From: Nitrospinales bacterium
GTDB lineage: Bacteria > Nitrospinota > Nitrospinia > Nitrospinales > VA-1
Direction: 5' to 3'
DNA length: 64,000 nucleotides
NCBI GenBank assembly: GCA_965263085.1
Contig: OZ253582.1
Location: 2,049,135-2,113,134, forward strand
The position numbers and the translations under genes were made by a program. The notes beneath the pieces are model-generated. The model did not search any database. It worked only from the letters and a program-made list of their open reading frames with translations, and was not told the DNA's origin. Numbering within the stretch: the first letter of the stretch is position 1; each line of letters opens with the position of its first letter. Positions 1 to 9,385 of the stretch are shown here, piece after piece.

Positions 1-42
1 AAGTGTCCGGGCCTTTCAGGTAGACTGGCGAGGATAACCGAG

Positions 43-666
43 ATGTCGCTTCCCAGTAAAAAAATGATCCTGACACATTTTGATGAGAGAGATGCCGTAA
101 TGGCCGGTGTGATACGCCGGGTGGGGTCTTTCAAGTTGAAGCAGAACCGAAATTATTTTCAGGTACTATGTAAAGCCATAGTGGGGCAACAGATTTCAAC
201 AAAAGCTGCGGAATCCATCACCCATCGTTTTCAAAACCTTTTTGCCGGTAGCCGACCCACTCCGGAAAAAGTGCAGGATTTGCCGGAAAAACAATTGCGG
301 GAAGTAGGTCTGTCGAGCCAGAAGGTGAAGTACATGAAAGACCTCAGTGCTAAATTTCTCGATGGCAGTGTTCGCCCTCACCGTATGGCTTATCAGGATA
401 ATGAAGAAATTGTTCAACAGTTGACCAGTGTTTATGGCGTTGGACGGTGGACAGCGGAGATGTTCCTGATTTTTTCCCTGAACCGGATGGATGTTTTGCC
501 AGTGGGAGATTTAGGGCTCCGGGCTGGAGTGAAACAACTCTACAATATGCGGGTATTGCCCACTCCAGACAGAGTGCGTACTTTTGGCAAAAAATGGCAA
601 CCTTTTGAAACGGTGGGAACCTGGTATATTTGGCGGACTCTTGATGAGGGAATTGTGACGTATTAA
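43..666 (+). CDS. alkA: DNA-3-methyladenine glycosylase II (HhH-GPD superfamily, AlkA-like)
   Basis: 207-aa ORF. It has a helix-hairpin-helix/GPD-type region (LREVGLSSQKVKYMKDL ... YGVGRWTAEMFLIF ... PVGDLGLR) typical of AlkA/Mag base-excision glycosylases. Confidence 0.75.
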   Translation: MSLPSKKMILTHFDERDAVMAGVIRRVGSFKLKQNRNYFQVLCKAIVGQQISTKAAESITHRFQNLFAGSRPTPEKVQDLPEKQLREVGLSSQKVKYMKDLSAKFLDGSVRPHRMAYQDNEEIVQQLTSVYGVGRWTAEMFLIFSLNRMDVLPVGDLGLRAGVKQLYNMRVLPTPDRVRTFGKKWQPFETVGTWYIWRTLDEGIVTY

Positions 667-683
667 AAAGGAGCAGGGGGTTC

Positions 684-1316
684 ATGGACTTTATTGATGA
701 AAAGATAGAACAATATGCTTTTGATCACACGAGTGATGAAGGCGAACTGTTAAGAAGGCTTGAAGATGAAACTTACGAGAAGCTAGAAATTCCTCAGATG
801 ACGACCGGCAGGTTGGAGGCTCGGCTTTTAAAACTGCTGGCCCGGTTGGTCGGAGCTCGGCGCATTTTGGAAATTGGTACCTTTGGGGGATACAGTGCTT
901 TATCGATGGCCGAAGCTTTACCTGAGGATGGAACTCTTGTGACCTGTGAAGTGGATCCTGTGGCGATTGCCTTTGCACGAAAATATTTTTCTAAAAGCCT
1001 GCATGGGAGAAAAATAACTCAGTTGGAAGGCCCGGCGTTGAAGTCGATCAAAACGCTGGAAGGTTCGTTTGATATGGCTTTTATCGACGCGGATAAGGAG
1101 AACTACAGCAATTATTATGAAGCCGTCTTCCCATTGATCCGCAAGGGCGGATTGATCGCTGTAGATAACGTTCTGTGGAGTGGCCGGGTGCTTGATCCGC
1201 AGGACGATTCAGACAGGGCGATCCACGAGTTCAATGAGCGGGTTGTTAAAGATCAACGGGTGGAATCGGTTCTGTTGACAGTACGTGATGGTTTGAACTG
1301 CATCATTAAGAATTGA
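684..1316 (+). CDS. Class I SAM-dependent O-methyltransferase (family 3, caffeoyl-CoA OMT / YrrM-like)
   Basis: 210-aa ORF with the SAM-binding motif LEIGTFGGYSAL and the family-3 OMT metal-binding region FIDADKENY...VDNVLW. Confidence 0.8.
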   Translation: MDFIDEKIEQYAFDHTSDEGELLRRLEDETYEKLEIPQMTTGRLEARLLKLLARLVGARRILEIGTFGGYSALSMAEALPEDGTLVTCEVDPVAIAFARKYFSKSLHGRKITQLEGPALKSIKTLEGSFDMAFIDADKENYSNYYEAVFPLIRKGGLIAVDNVLWSGRVLDPQDDSDRAIHEFNERVVKDQRVESVLLTVRDGLNCIIKN

Positions 1317-1416
1317 TATTTATAAATTTCTTCGAAGCCTCCATGGGGTGTGATAGTTTAAAAAAAATGAGGCCATCTCCATAAACCCATATTAACTTAA
1401 TATTGAAATACTTTTT

Positions 1417-1896
1417 ATGGCAGAAACTTTAGGCAGTCTGGTTGATAAACTTTCGATTAAAAACCTGCGCATTTGGCATCTGGATGAGGCGCTGGAAAAT
1501 AGAGAAACTCCGGCTTCGAAACGGCAGGAACTCCAGGTAAAACGAGATCTGGTGGACAGGCAGAGGCAGGATTTGATGAAAGAGGTGGATGGTTTTCTCG
1601 GCGCAGCTCTTAAGGGGGAAGTGCGTATTCGTGATGAAAAAATCAAGATGTATACCAACACAAATGTTTCGTCCTCTGACGCAATCAGAGAGTTGGGCAA
1701 TGCGGTGAGCGAACTGGCTTCCCGAAATATTAAAATCTGGCATTTGGAAGACGAGGCCCGCAGAACAGATTTACCAGATGCTGAGATTGTTCAAATCAAA
1801 AGGAAGATCGATGCGACCAATCAGGAACGCAATGACCTTATGGATAAAGTCGATGATATCCTTTTCCACCATTCCAGCCGTAACAAGACGACTTAA
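1417..1896 (+). CDS. Hypothetical protein with two tandem NxxIWHLxDEA repeats (DUF4254-like)
   Basis: 159-aa ORF. It contains an internal duplication: LGSLVDKLSIKNLRIWHLDEA...RDLVDRQRQDLMKEVD versus LGNAVSELASRNIKIWHLEDEA...RKIDATNQERNDLMDKVD. The DUF4254 family assignment is from memory of the motif, not from a search. Confidence 0.5.
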   Translation: MAETLGSLVDKLSIKNLRIWHLDEALENRETPASKRQELQVKRDLVDRQRQDLMKEVDGFLGAALKGEVRIRDEKIKMYTNTNVSSSDAIRELGNAVSELASRNIKIWHLEDEARRTDLPDAEIVQIKRKIDATNQERNDLMDKVDDILFHHSSRNKTT

Positions 1897-2687
1897 AGGT
1901 AGGTGTCGAGCAACTCTTTCCTTTTTTGATCATACTCTTTTCCATCGATCAGGTTTTTCTCATGCAGGTCCTTGAGAAACTGAAGCTTCTCTTCCAGAGC
2001 GGGGTTAGAACTTTTTACGGGCGGAGCCTCTTTGTTGGCAAGTTCTTTTGATCGGGCTTTTGTTTTGTTTTTGGAAGAACGAGGGCTTTTCTGTCTGGAG
2101 GTTTTTTCTATTTTCGAAGGGACGCGTTCAGTGAGGATCCAGTTTTCCGCAGCCTGGGGCCCAAGAAGCTTATGGACCGCATGGTACTTCTGGCCTGATT
2201 GTGGAACCATTCTCCAGTTAGTATTACTAGAACTGGTATAAGATCTCCCGGAAAACTCTATCCCTTTTATGGAGCTGAACCGCCAGTGAATGTGTTTGCC
2301 ATCGGCGAAGATATCTCCCTCTGTAGTCCCTCCGGGAGTCTCCAGTTCATAGTGAATGATCTTATGGCTTGGAACGCGTTGGATGGCTTTCGTGAGCAAG
2401 CGTCCAATGCGGTCCAGATCTTGTGCGATAAAAACGGTTTTTTTCTTGCCGAACAGAGATAGTTCTTCAAAGACCAGAGATTTTAGATGCTTCCGAACGT
2501 TTGCCTCTGATAGTTTGACCGGGTGGCTGAGTTGCATTTTGTCGATAGGGGATCCTGCCGCAGACTTGTTCTGGTAAGAGAGCGTGAACCCTTTGGTTTT
2601 GAGCTTCTTCTCTCTGGTTATTGCGCAACCTGAAATCAGCACAAAGACCAAAGCTACAATGAGAATAAAAATTGAGTGGCGTTTCAT
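1893..2687 (-). CDS. Lipoprotein with C-terminal SHOCT-like domain
   Basis: 264-aa ORF. It has a signal peptide plus lipobox (VLISGC) and a C-terminal LKDLHEKNLIDGKEYDQKRKELL short oligomerisation motif. Confidence 0.55.
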   Translation of the reverse strand: MKRHSIFILIVALVFVLISGCAITREKKLKTKGFTLSYQNKSAAGSPIDKMQLSHPVKLSEANVRKHLKSLVFEELSLFGKKKTVFIAQDLDRIGRLLTKAIQRVPSHKIIHYELETPGGTTEGDIFADGKHIHWRFSSIKGIEFSGRSYTSSSNTNWRMVPQSGQKYHAVHKLLGPQAAENWILTERVPSKIEKTSRQKSPRSSKNKTKARSKELANKEAPPVKSSNPALEEKLQFLKDLHEKNLIDGKEYDQKRKELLDTYL

Positions 2688-2717
2688 GATAAGGTAGCTA
2701 AAAATAAAAGTTAGTCG

Positions 2718-3278
2718 TCATAGTTTCTGTGCGACCAGTGAGGCGAATGCTTTGGGGTTATCATCTACTTCTCTGTATCTCAAAATACGAAAATCGCCAA
2801 ATGCCTGAAGCAATTCGTTAGCCTCTAAGACCCATTCCTTTTTAAAACTACTGTATTTCAGGTAATCGAGGGTAAAAGTTTCGTAAAAAAGCAAACCGCC
2901 TGACTTCAATGTTTGGCGGATTCCTGCAAATAGATTGCGATCCAGAAAGTTGAAACAGAGAACCAGATCATATTCATTCTCTTTAAGATAGCTATTATCC
3001 AGATCGGCGAGAACTATTGTAATCTTAGCATCTTTTTCCTGCGCCAGAGTTTGGGCTTTTCGTAATCCATTTTCTGATATATCCAGGCAAGTGACTTCAT
3101 AACCTTTACTAGAGGCAAAAACAGAATTTCTTCCCTCGCCGCCAGCGATGTCCAGAGCTTTTCCTTTTCCGTCCAGAAGCCCAGCGTTTTCTTCAAGCCA
3201 GTCGCTCGGTTCTTTTCCAGTTATGTATTCGTCGTGGTCGTACTTATTGTTCCATTTTTCTTTGTCTTTCAAAGACAT
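2718..3278 (-). CDS. Class I SAM-dependent methyltransferase (TehB-like)
   Basis: 186-aa ORF with the SAM motif I ALDIAGGEGRNS followed by an acidic loop (CLDIS). Confidence 0.75.
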   Translation of the reverse strand: MSLKDKEKWNNKYDHDEYITGKEPSDWLEENAGLLDGKGKALDIAGGEGRNSVFASSKGYEVTCLDISENGLRKAQTLAQEKDAKITIVLADLDNSYLKENEYDLVLCFNFLDRNLFAGIRQTLKSGGLLFYETFTLDYLKYSSFKKEWVLEANELLQAFGDFRILRYREVDDNPKAFASLVAQKL

Positions 3279-3384
3279 GCGAGCTTTCCTGAGGCTGGAT
3301 TTGTCCTTGGAATCATTGTATAATGCGATCGGATATTGAAACCAAGCTTACAGGATATATTCCTTTGTGTCGATGGGCGTTTTC

Positions 3385-3413
3385 TTGACAAGAGGATCTT
3401 TTTCCCCTAATAT
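3385..3413 (+). promoter_or_regulatory. Putative sigma70 promoter of rplU-rpmA
   Basis: TTGACA (3385-3390), a 17-nt spacer, then TAATAT (3408-3413), about 85 nt upstream of rplU. Confidence 0.5.
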
Positions 3414-3441
3414 GACCGTTTTATCCAATATTAGGATGGAT

Positions 3442-3475
3442 GGGGGGTTTCCTGAGTGGAACCGCCCTTATTTTT
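3442..3475 (+). promoter_or_regulatory. Terminator-like hairpin in the rplU leader (possible r-protein attenuator)
   Basis: GGGGGGTTTCC-TGAGT-GGAACCGCCC is an imperfect stem of about 9 bp. It is followed by TTATTTTT and lies between the predicted promoter and the rplU RBS (AAGGAG, 3482-3487). Confidence 0.3.
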
Positions 3476-3496
3476 GATATTAAGGAGTGATTGGAA

Positions 3497-3811
3497 ATGA
3501 TTGCAGTGGTTAAAACGGGTGGTAAGCAATACAAAATCTCAGAAGGCGATGTCATCCAAGTTGAAAAGCTAGAAGGCGATGTTGGAGAGACCATTAACCT
3601 GGATAAGGTTCTTATCTGCGGGGAAGGTGGTTCGGTCAAAGTCGGCACTCCATACGTAGAGGGTTGCACTGTAGCTTGCGAGGTTACCGAGCAATTGAGA
3701 GGTAAAAAAATTATTATTTTTAAGAAACATCGGAGAAAAAATTACCGGCGTAAGAATGGCCATCGCCAGTCCTTGACACGCTTGAAAATTACCGGAATTA
3801 CCGCTCCATAA
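3497..3811 (+). CDS. rplU: 50S ribosomal protein L21
   Basis: [18 protein letters not shown] is the canonical L21 N-terminus. The ATG at 3497 lies 9 nt after AAGGAG, and the ORF-track start at 3491 is a TTG two codons upstream. Confidence 0.95.
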   Translation: MIAVVKTGGKQYKISEGDVIQVEKLEGDVGETINLDKVLICGEGGSVKVGTPYVEGCTVACEVTEQLRGKKIIIFKKHRRKNYRRKNGHRQSLTRLKITGITAP

Positions 3812-3824
3812 CCAAGAGGAAATC

Positions 3825-4088
3825 ATGGCACATAAAAAGGGACAAGGCAGTACTTCAAACGGCCGTGACAGCCGGGGGCAGCGTTTGGGTGTGAAGCGAT
3901 TTGGAGGTCAGGCCGTTAAAGCAGGAGAAATACTGGTTCGCCAGCGGGGTACCCACTTCCACCCAGGAAGCAATGTGGGTTTGGGGAGTGACTATACGAT
4001 TTTTTCTAAAATTGCGGGTGTGGTCAAATTTGAGCACCGGGATCGCAAAACGCAAAAGATTAGCGTCTATCCACAAACACAAAACTGA
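3825..4088 (+). CDS. rpmA: 50S ribosomal protein L27
   Basis: [29 protein letters not shown] is the canonical L27 N-terminus. Confidence 0.95.
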   Translation: MAHKKGQGSTSNGRDSRGQRLGVKRFGGQAVKAGEILVRQRGTHFHPGSNVGLGSDYTIFSKIAGVVKFEHRDRKTQKISVYPQTQN

Positions 4089-4257
4089 GCGCGTCTCAAT
4101 TCCCGCCAGCTTTCCCCCATTTGGGCGGAAAACCTCCGCTTAGGCGATACCATATGCGGCAACCGTTCTCTTGGTTCCGCGAGTTATTGCCAGCTACCTC
4201 CAGAGCAAATCGAGATTTTTCAAATCAGCAAAACCTAAAGAGATCATTTTATAATGA

Positions 4258-5316
<1,059 letters not shown>

Positions 5317-5327
5317 AACCCGCTTTA

Positions 5328-6188
5328 TTACTGGATCACAAAATCTTTAAATTTAATTTTTTTGACTCGACCATCGCTGTCAATTTTGTTGTTATATGCA
5401 GCTTGAAGTCTTTGCTCCAGTTTTTCTTTAACATAAAGAATATCGTCATAGAATTTTTTTTCCAGGAATTTTTCCACGGTTTTTACAGTTGCTTCCTCGA
5501 AAAGAGGCAAGGCACTTTGCATAATCTGGGCACTGGCTTCATCCGTGAAAATGATTTCCAGAGTGAAACTGAGAACCCGAATATCATTAACTTCAAATGC
5601 TACTGGCATGATGGTGGAAAATTTCACCATCTTCGATTCGGGAGGCAATGCTGCCAGCAGGCCTTCAGAATCTTCTTCAATGACTGCAGGCTTAGCAGGT
5701 TTTTCAGCTTGTTCTTTGTCAGGTTTTGGGGTCAAGCCTTTGGGAACTTCGGCTTCGGGTTTTGCGATTTCGGTCAGTTCGGGAGGGGCAAAGATCTGCC
5801 AGGCAAAATAAGCTCCTCCGGCGGTGGCCAGAAGCCCTAACACTCCTCCTGCCAGCATTAATTTTCTGGTGCGGGTATTGGGGACGGAAATAGGGCCAAT
5901 GTTTATTCGACCTTCTTCCTCTTTTTCATAGCCATCATTTTCCTCATTGATCAACTGGTCCAGCATGTCATCGAAATCATCTTCGTCAGGCATCTGGTTT
6001 TTGATCTCGCGATTCTCCTCCACCGGATTGTCTGGAAGTAGAGAATTAGGAGACTTAGCAGGTCTCGCCTCGGGTGTTACCCAAAAACTATGCTGGCATT
6101 CGACGCATTTGACTTCAACCGCCTCTTTGGTCAAGTCGGGGAGGTCGATATCATAACTGGCTTGGCAATCCGGGCAGGATATTTTCAT
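5328..6188 (-). CDS. MJ0042-type zinc-ribbon / TM / FliL-like C-terminal domain protein
   Basis: MKISCPDCQASYDI...VKCVECQHSFWV is a CxxC...CxxC zinc ribbon. It is followed by an acidic linker, one TM helix (LMLAGGVLGLLATAGGAYFAWQIF) and a C-terminus ending KFKDFVIQ, like FliL family proteins. I chose the ATG at 6188 over the TTG at 6206. Confidence 0.55.
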   Translation of the reverse strand: MKISCPDCQASYDIDLPDLTKEAVEVKCVECQHSFWVTPEARPAKSPNSLLPDNPVEENREIKNQMPDEDDFDDMLDQLINEENDGYEKEEEGRINIGPISVPNTRTRKLMLAGGVLGLLATAGGAYFAWQIFAPPELTEIAKPEAEVPKGLTPKPDKEQAEKPAKPAVIEEDSEGLLAALPPESKMVKFSTIMPVAFEVNDIRVLSFTLEIIFTDEASAQIMQSALPLFEEATVKTVEKFLEKKFYDDILYVKEKLEQRLQAAYNNKIDSDGRVKKIKFKDFVIQ

Positions 6189-6295
6189 AAAACAACAAAA
6201 ATTCAATATTTATGTGGATGTTATATTTTTCTGCAATAAAAAGTAAATGTCTAATCCTCCGTTCGAGTTTTTCATGACCTTTAAAAGAAGCTGAA

Positions 6296-6324
6296 TTGAC
6301 AAGGTGCCATAATTTCACTATAAT
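6296..6324 (+). promoter_or_regulatory. Consensus sigma70 promoter
   Basis: A perfect TTGACA (6296-6301), a 17-nt spacer, then a perfect TATAAT (6319-6324), upstream of the SLT gene. Confidence 0.55.
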
Positions 6325-6455
6325 CTACTAATGGTTGAAAACCCGAATGTTAAAATTTGCCTGTATAAGGCTTTCTGGTCTTTTTCATTTGCATCGCTTA
6401 CGTCCCAAAATTAAATTGATTTACTTTAAAAAGCTCTAAACTGTTAAGATAGAAC

Positions 6456-7127
6456 ATGACCTTCTATAAAGCAATACAGACTGTAATTCCGCTTTTTCTG
6501 GTTCTAGCGTTTACAGGGTTCTCTACAGGCAAAACTCCTCAATACGTTATTGGATTATCGCCATTCTTTTCTGCAGTGATCCAGATAGAGGAAGGTGTGT
6601 TCCATAGAGCAAAAGAAGTGCATTTTCAAAATAAACTGGCCTACGATGACCGCATTCGTGAAAAGATACGCCTGATCATTTCTGATTATAACACAGGGTT
6701 GGATGAAACCAGTTCCGTGCTGATTCCTGAATGGATTTTGACGGAAAGCAGAAAATATGGATACGATCCACTTTTTCTCACTGCCTTGATCATTACCGAG
6801 AGTTCTTTTTACAATTGGGCGAAGTCAAACCGGGATGCGCATGGTTTGATGCAGTTGAGACCGGCTACGGCGGTTGCATTGGCGTCCGAAACCCGTTTGA
6901 AATGGAAGGGAACCCCCACCCTCTATAACCCCAGAAAGAATATAGCTTTAGGGGCTTATTATCTGAACAAGATGATAGTCAGGTTTGGAGATATGACCCT
7001 TGCCTTGGAGGCTTATAACCAAGGTCCCTCGCGGTTGAGCCGATTTCTCAGGAAAGGGCATCTTCCTCATCGTTATTCCGGAAAAGTTCTTAAAAACTAC
7101 AGAAAAATCCGTTTCCAGCCCATTTAA
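6456..7127 (+). CDS. Lytic transglycosylase (SLT domain)
   Basis: Signal/TM N-terminus. SLT catalytic region LIITESSFYNWAKSNRDAHGLMQL ... AYNQGPSRL. Confidence 0.8.
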   Translation: MTFYKAIQTVIPLFLVLAFTGFSTGKTPQYVIGLSPFFSAVIQIEEGVFHRAKEVHFQNKLAYDDRIREKIRLIISDYNTGLDETSSVLIPEWILTESRKYGYDPLFLTALIITESSFYNWAKSNRDAHGLMQLRPATAVALASETRLKWKGTPTLYNPRKNIALGAYYLNKMIVRFGDMTLALEAYNQGPSRLSRFLRKGHLPHRYSGKVLKNYRKIRFQPI

Positions 7128-7172
7128 GGCGGCCATGAATTGAATGTTTTGGCAGGGCTCCCTTAATTTTGT

Positions 7173-7601
7173 TTGATTTATATGGATGTAATTAGGCAAT
7201 TCACATATCCGGCTTTTTTCAGTAGAGCGGCGAATTTTGTAAAGCAGGGCCTTCTGGTGGTCTCGTTTCTCGTGTTGTTCTCCGGGTGTACTAATAAGGA
7301 TATTGAGAAAGCGTTTGATGGGGACCTTCGTCCGGGGAAGGCTAATAAAATAATAGGTGAATATTGCCAAAGTTGCCATATCCACAAAGATTTTGACCCT
7401 CCCCTGCATGTTTCCAGGGTCAGGAACCTTTATAGTCGTCTGGCTTTCAAAAAAGCCCGGGAATGTCGGGTCTGCCATTATATTGAAAAAAACTGGATGC
7501 ATAACCAGCATGAACGTAAGACCCGAATGCCGAAAGCCGCGGACCGGGGAAAGTTCAAGGGGTTTGAAAAAAAAGAGTTGCCCCGAAAACGCAAAGGTTG
7601 A
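7173..7601 (+). CDS. Small dihaem c-type cytochrome lipoprotein (putative)
   Basis: Lipobox LFSGC plus two CxxCH haem-binding motifs (CQSCH and CRVCH) in a 142-aa ORF. There is no further family match that I can recognise. Confidence 0.5.
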   Translation: MIYMDVIRQFTYPAFFSRAANFVKQGLLVVSFLVLFSGCTNKDIEKAFDGDLRPGKANKIIGEYCQSCHIHKDFDPPLHVSRVRNLYSRLAFKKARECRVCHYIEKNWMHNQHERKTRMPKAADRGKFKGFEKKELPRKRKG

Positions 7602-7883
7602 TCACACTCCTGAAAAAAATCAAAATTCCTTTTTGAAAATCAGAATAATCCAATTAGTGTGTAATCAGTAGGTTTTTGCGTTTTTAATTGGAGAATTTCA
7701 AGTTAAAAGCAAGTTTGGCAAAAATTCATTTTTTCTTTAGAAATCGATTTGGATTCTGATGAGCCTGTAGAAGTGAGGCTTTTAAAAATGCCGATAATGC
7801 GATCTGGATGTTTCAGCAACTCAATCAGCTTAATTTTTCCGGAGAAATGAGGAGAAAGGTTCTGGTAAGATTGGAAGAGGAAA

Positions 7884-7916
7884 CAAAAAAACCGCTCACG
7901 AAAGTGAGCGGTTTTA
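7884..7916 (-). terminator. Rho-independent terminator downstream of hup
   Basis: ACCGCTCAC-GAAA-GTGAGCGGT is a perfect 9-bp stem (7891-7912). It is flanked by an A-run and a T-run, so on the minus strand it is followed by a U-tract, 16 nt after the hup stop. Confidence 0.75.
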
Positions 7917-7931
7917 ATTTTGATGAAAAGG

Positions 7932-8210
7932 TTATAGGGAATTTTTCAATGTAGGAGCAGGTTTAAAGCCAACCGTTTTACTGGCTTTAATTTTGATTTC
8001 CTCTCCGGTCTGAGGATTCCGGCCTTTTCTTGCTTTTCGGTTTCTAACCGTAAAGGTTCCAAAGCTGGGATAGGCGAACCGTTTTTCTTTTTTGATCCCT
8101 TTAGAGATTGCATCAAAGGTAGCATCAATTATATCCCCGGCCAATCGCTTGGTCAAGTCATCGTCTTTACAACTTTTAATTACCGCACTGATTAATTCGT
8201 CTTTAGTCAA
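7932..8210 (-). CDS. hup: DNA-binding protein HU
   Basis: 92 aa. MTKDELISAVIK...FGTFTVRNRKARKGRNPQTGEEIKIKASKTVGFKP is the HU/IHF beta-arm signature. It has a TTG start with a GGGAG RBS. Confidence 0.9.
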   Translation of the reverse strand: MTKDELISAVIKSCKDDDLTKRLAGDIIDATFDAISKGIKKEKRFAYPSFGTFTVRNRKARKGRNPQTGEEIKIKASKTVGFKPAPTLKNSL

Positions 8211-8246
8211 GATTCATCTCCCTCTCTAATGTTATAAGCTGGTGCA

Positions 8247-8274
8247 TTATTATGAAACCTGTATCAAATGTCAA
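8247..8274 (-). promoter_or_regulatory. Putative sigma70 promoter of hup
   Basis: The minus strand reads TTGACA (8274-8269), a 16-nt spacer, then TAATAA (8252-8247). Confidence 0.4.
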
Positions 8275-8474
8275 ACAAAAAATGGGTAGCACCAATTGTA
8301 GCCCTTTATTGAGAGGTGAACTCGATCTCTCTATCTTGAGTGTGATAGAATACAATTGATATTACATGCCCATATTTTATTCTGACCAGTAGTGGAAAAC
8401 TGGTATTTTAAAAGTTTATTGCAGGTGAGTTTTCCTTTTCATAGGTATACTACACATAAACTAAGAGGTCGGAT

Positions 8475-9038
8475 ATGACAGTGCTGAAAGTCGCTAAATT
8501 AGGCAATCCCGTTTTGAGGCAGGTTGCCAAACAATTAGATTTAAAAGAGCTCTCGGGCCGACAAGGTGAATTGCAAAACTTTATAGACGATATGATCGAC
8601 ACTATGCGTGAGGAAGGAGGAGTTGGTCTAGCTGCTCCGCAGGTCAATCGTTCCTTGCAAATAGTGGTGCTGGAGTACGATAATAATGAGAGGTATCCGG
8701 GGGGGTCTTCCATTCCCCTGACAGCCCTGATCAATCCTGTATTATCGGATCACAGCGAGGAAAGGGTTTTGGGCTGGGAAAGTTGTTTGAGTCTCATTGA
8801 TTTTAGAGGGCTAGTCCCGAGATCCACATCGGTGACGCTCAAGGCTTATGACCGGGAAGGTAATAAGATAGAGAAACGGGTAGCAGGTTTCGAGGCGGTG
8901 GTTTTACAGCATGAAATCGATCACTTGAACGGCAAGGTATTTCTGGACCGTATGGAGGACCTCACCCAATTGGCCTATCAGGAAGAATTCGAAGAATTCT
9001 GGCTTAAAAAAGATCCGGTCCTGCAAAAGGAGGGATGA
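8475..9038 (+). CDS. def: Peptide deformylase
   Basis: The three PDF motifs are present: GVGLAAPQV, ESCLS (an EGCLS variant) and QHEIDHLNG. Confidence 0.9.
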   Translation: MTVLKVAKLGNPVLRQVAKQLDLKELSGRQGELQNFIDDMIDTMREEGGVGLAAPQVNRSLQIVVLEYDNNERYPGGSSIPLTALINPVLSDHSEERVLGWESCLSLIDFRGLVPRSTSVTLKAYDREGNKIEKRVAGFEAVVLQHEIDHLNGKVFLDRMEDLTQLAYQEEFEEFWLKKDPVLQKEG

Positions 9039-9385
9039 TATTGGACAGCTCCTTAGAGGAAGAGATATTGCATTTATACCAGGAGCCAGGGATTGGTGCT
9101 TCCTACAGCAATAACTATGGCGAGGAGAATATTCAGAGTCTGGTCGGCAAGTACCGTAGCCTCAAAGATGAGGACATGCGGGAGATGCTGGAAATATTGA
9201 TCCGCTTTTCCCAGTCCAGCGATTTGGCGACCTGTTTTGTTTCGGTGGGCGTCCTACATGCTTTGGAAAAAAGTGAGGATGTTCAAGAAGCTTATCGATG
9301 GGCCAAAACTCAGGAAGACCCGGCCCGGATCATTAGCCATTTCGATATTGGAAAATCGGTTGCTGATTATTTCACCTCGGCCTGA
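9035..9385 (+). CDS. Hypothetical protein, translationally coupled to def
   Basis: 116-aa ORF whose start overlaps the def stop (ATGA). No recognisable motif. Confidence 0.45.
   Translation: MILDSSLEEEILHLYQEPGIGASYSNNYGEENIQSLVGKYRSLKDEDMREMLEILIRFSQSSDLATCFVSVGVLHALEKSEDVQEAYRWAKTQEDPARIISHFDIGKSVADYFTSA

Noticed and set aside
4100-4185. Hairpins between rpmA and obg (CCCGCC-N15-GGGCGG, and GCGGCAACC...GGTTCCGC)
   Set aside because: Neither is followed by a T-tract, so they are not convincing terminators. I have no evidence for a specific RNA family.
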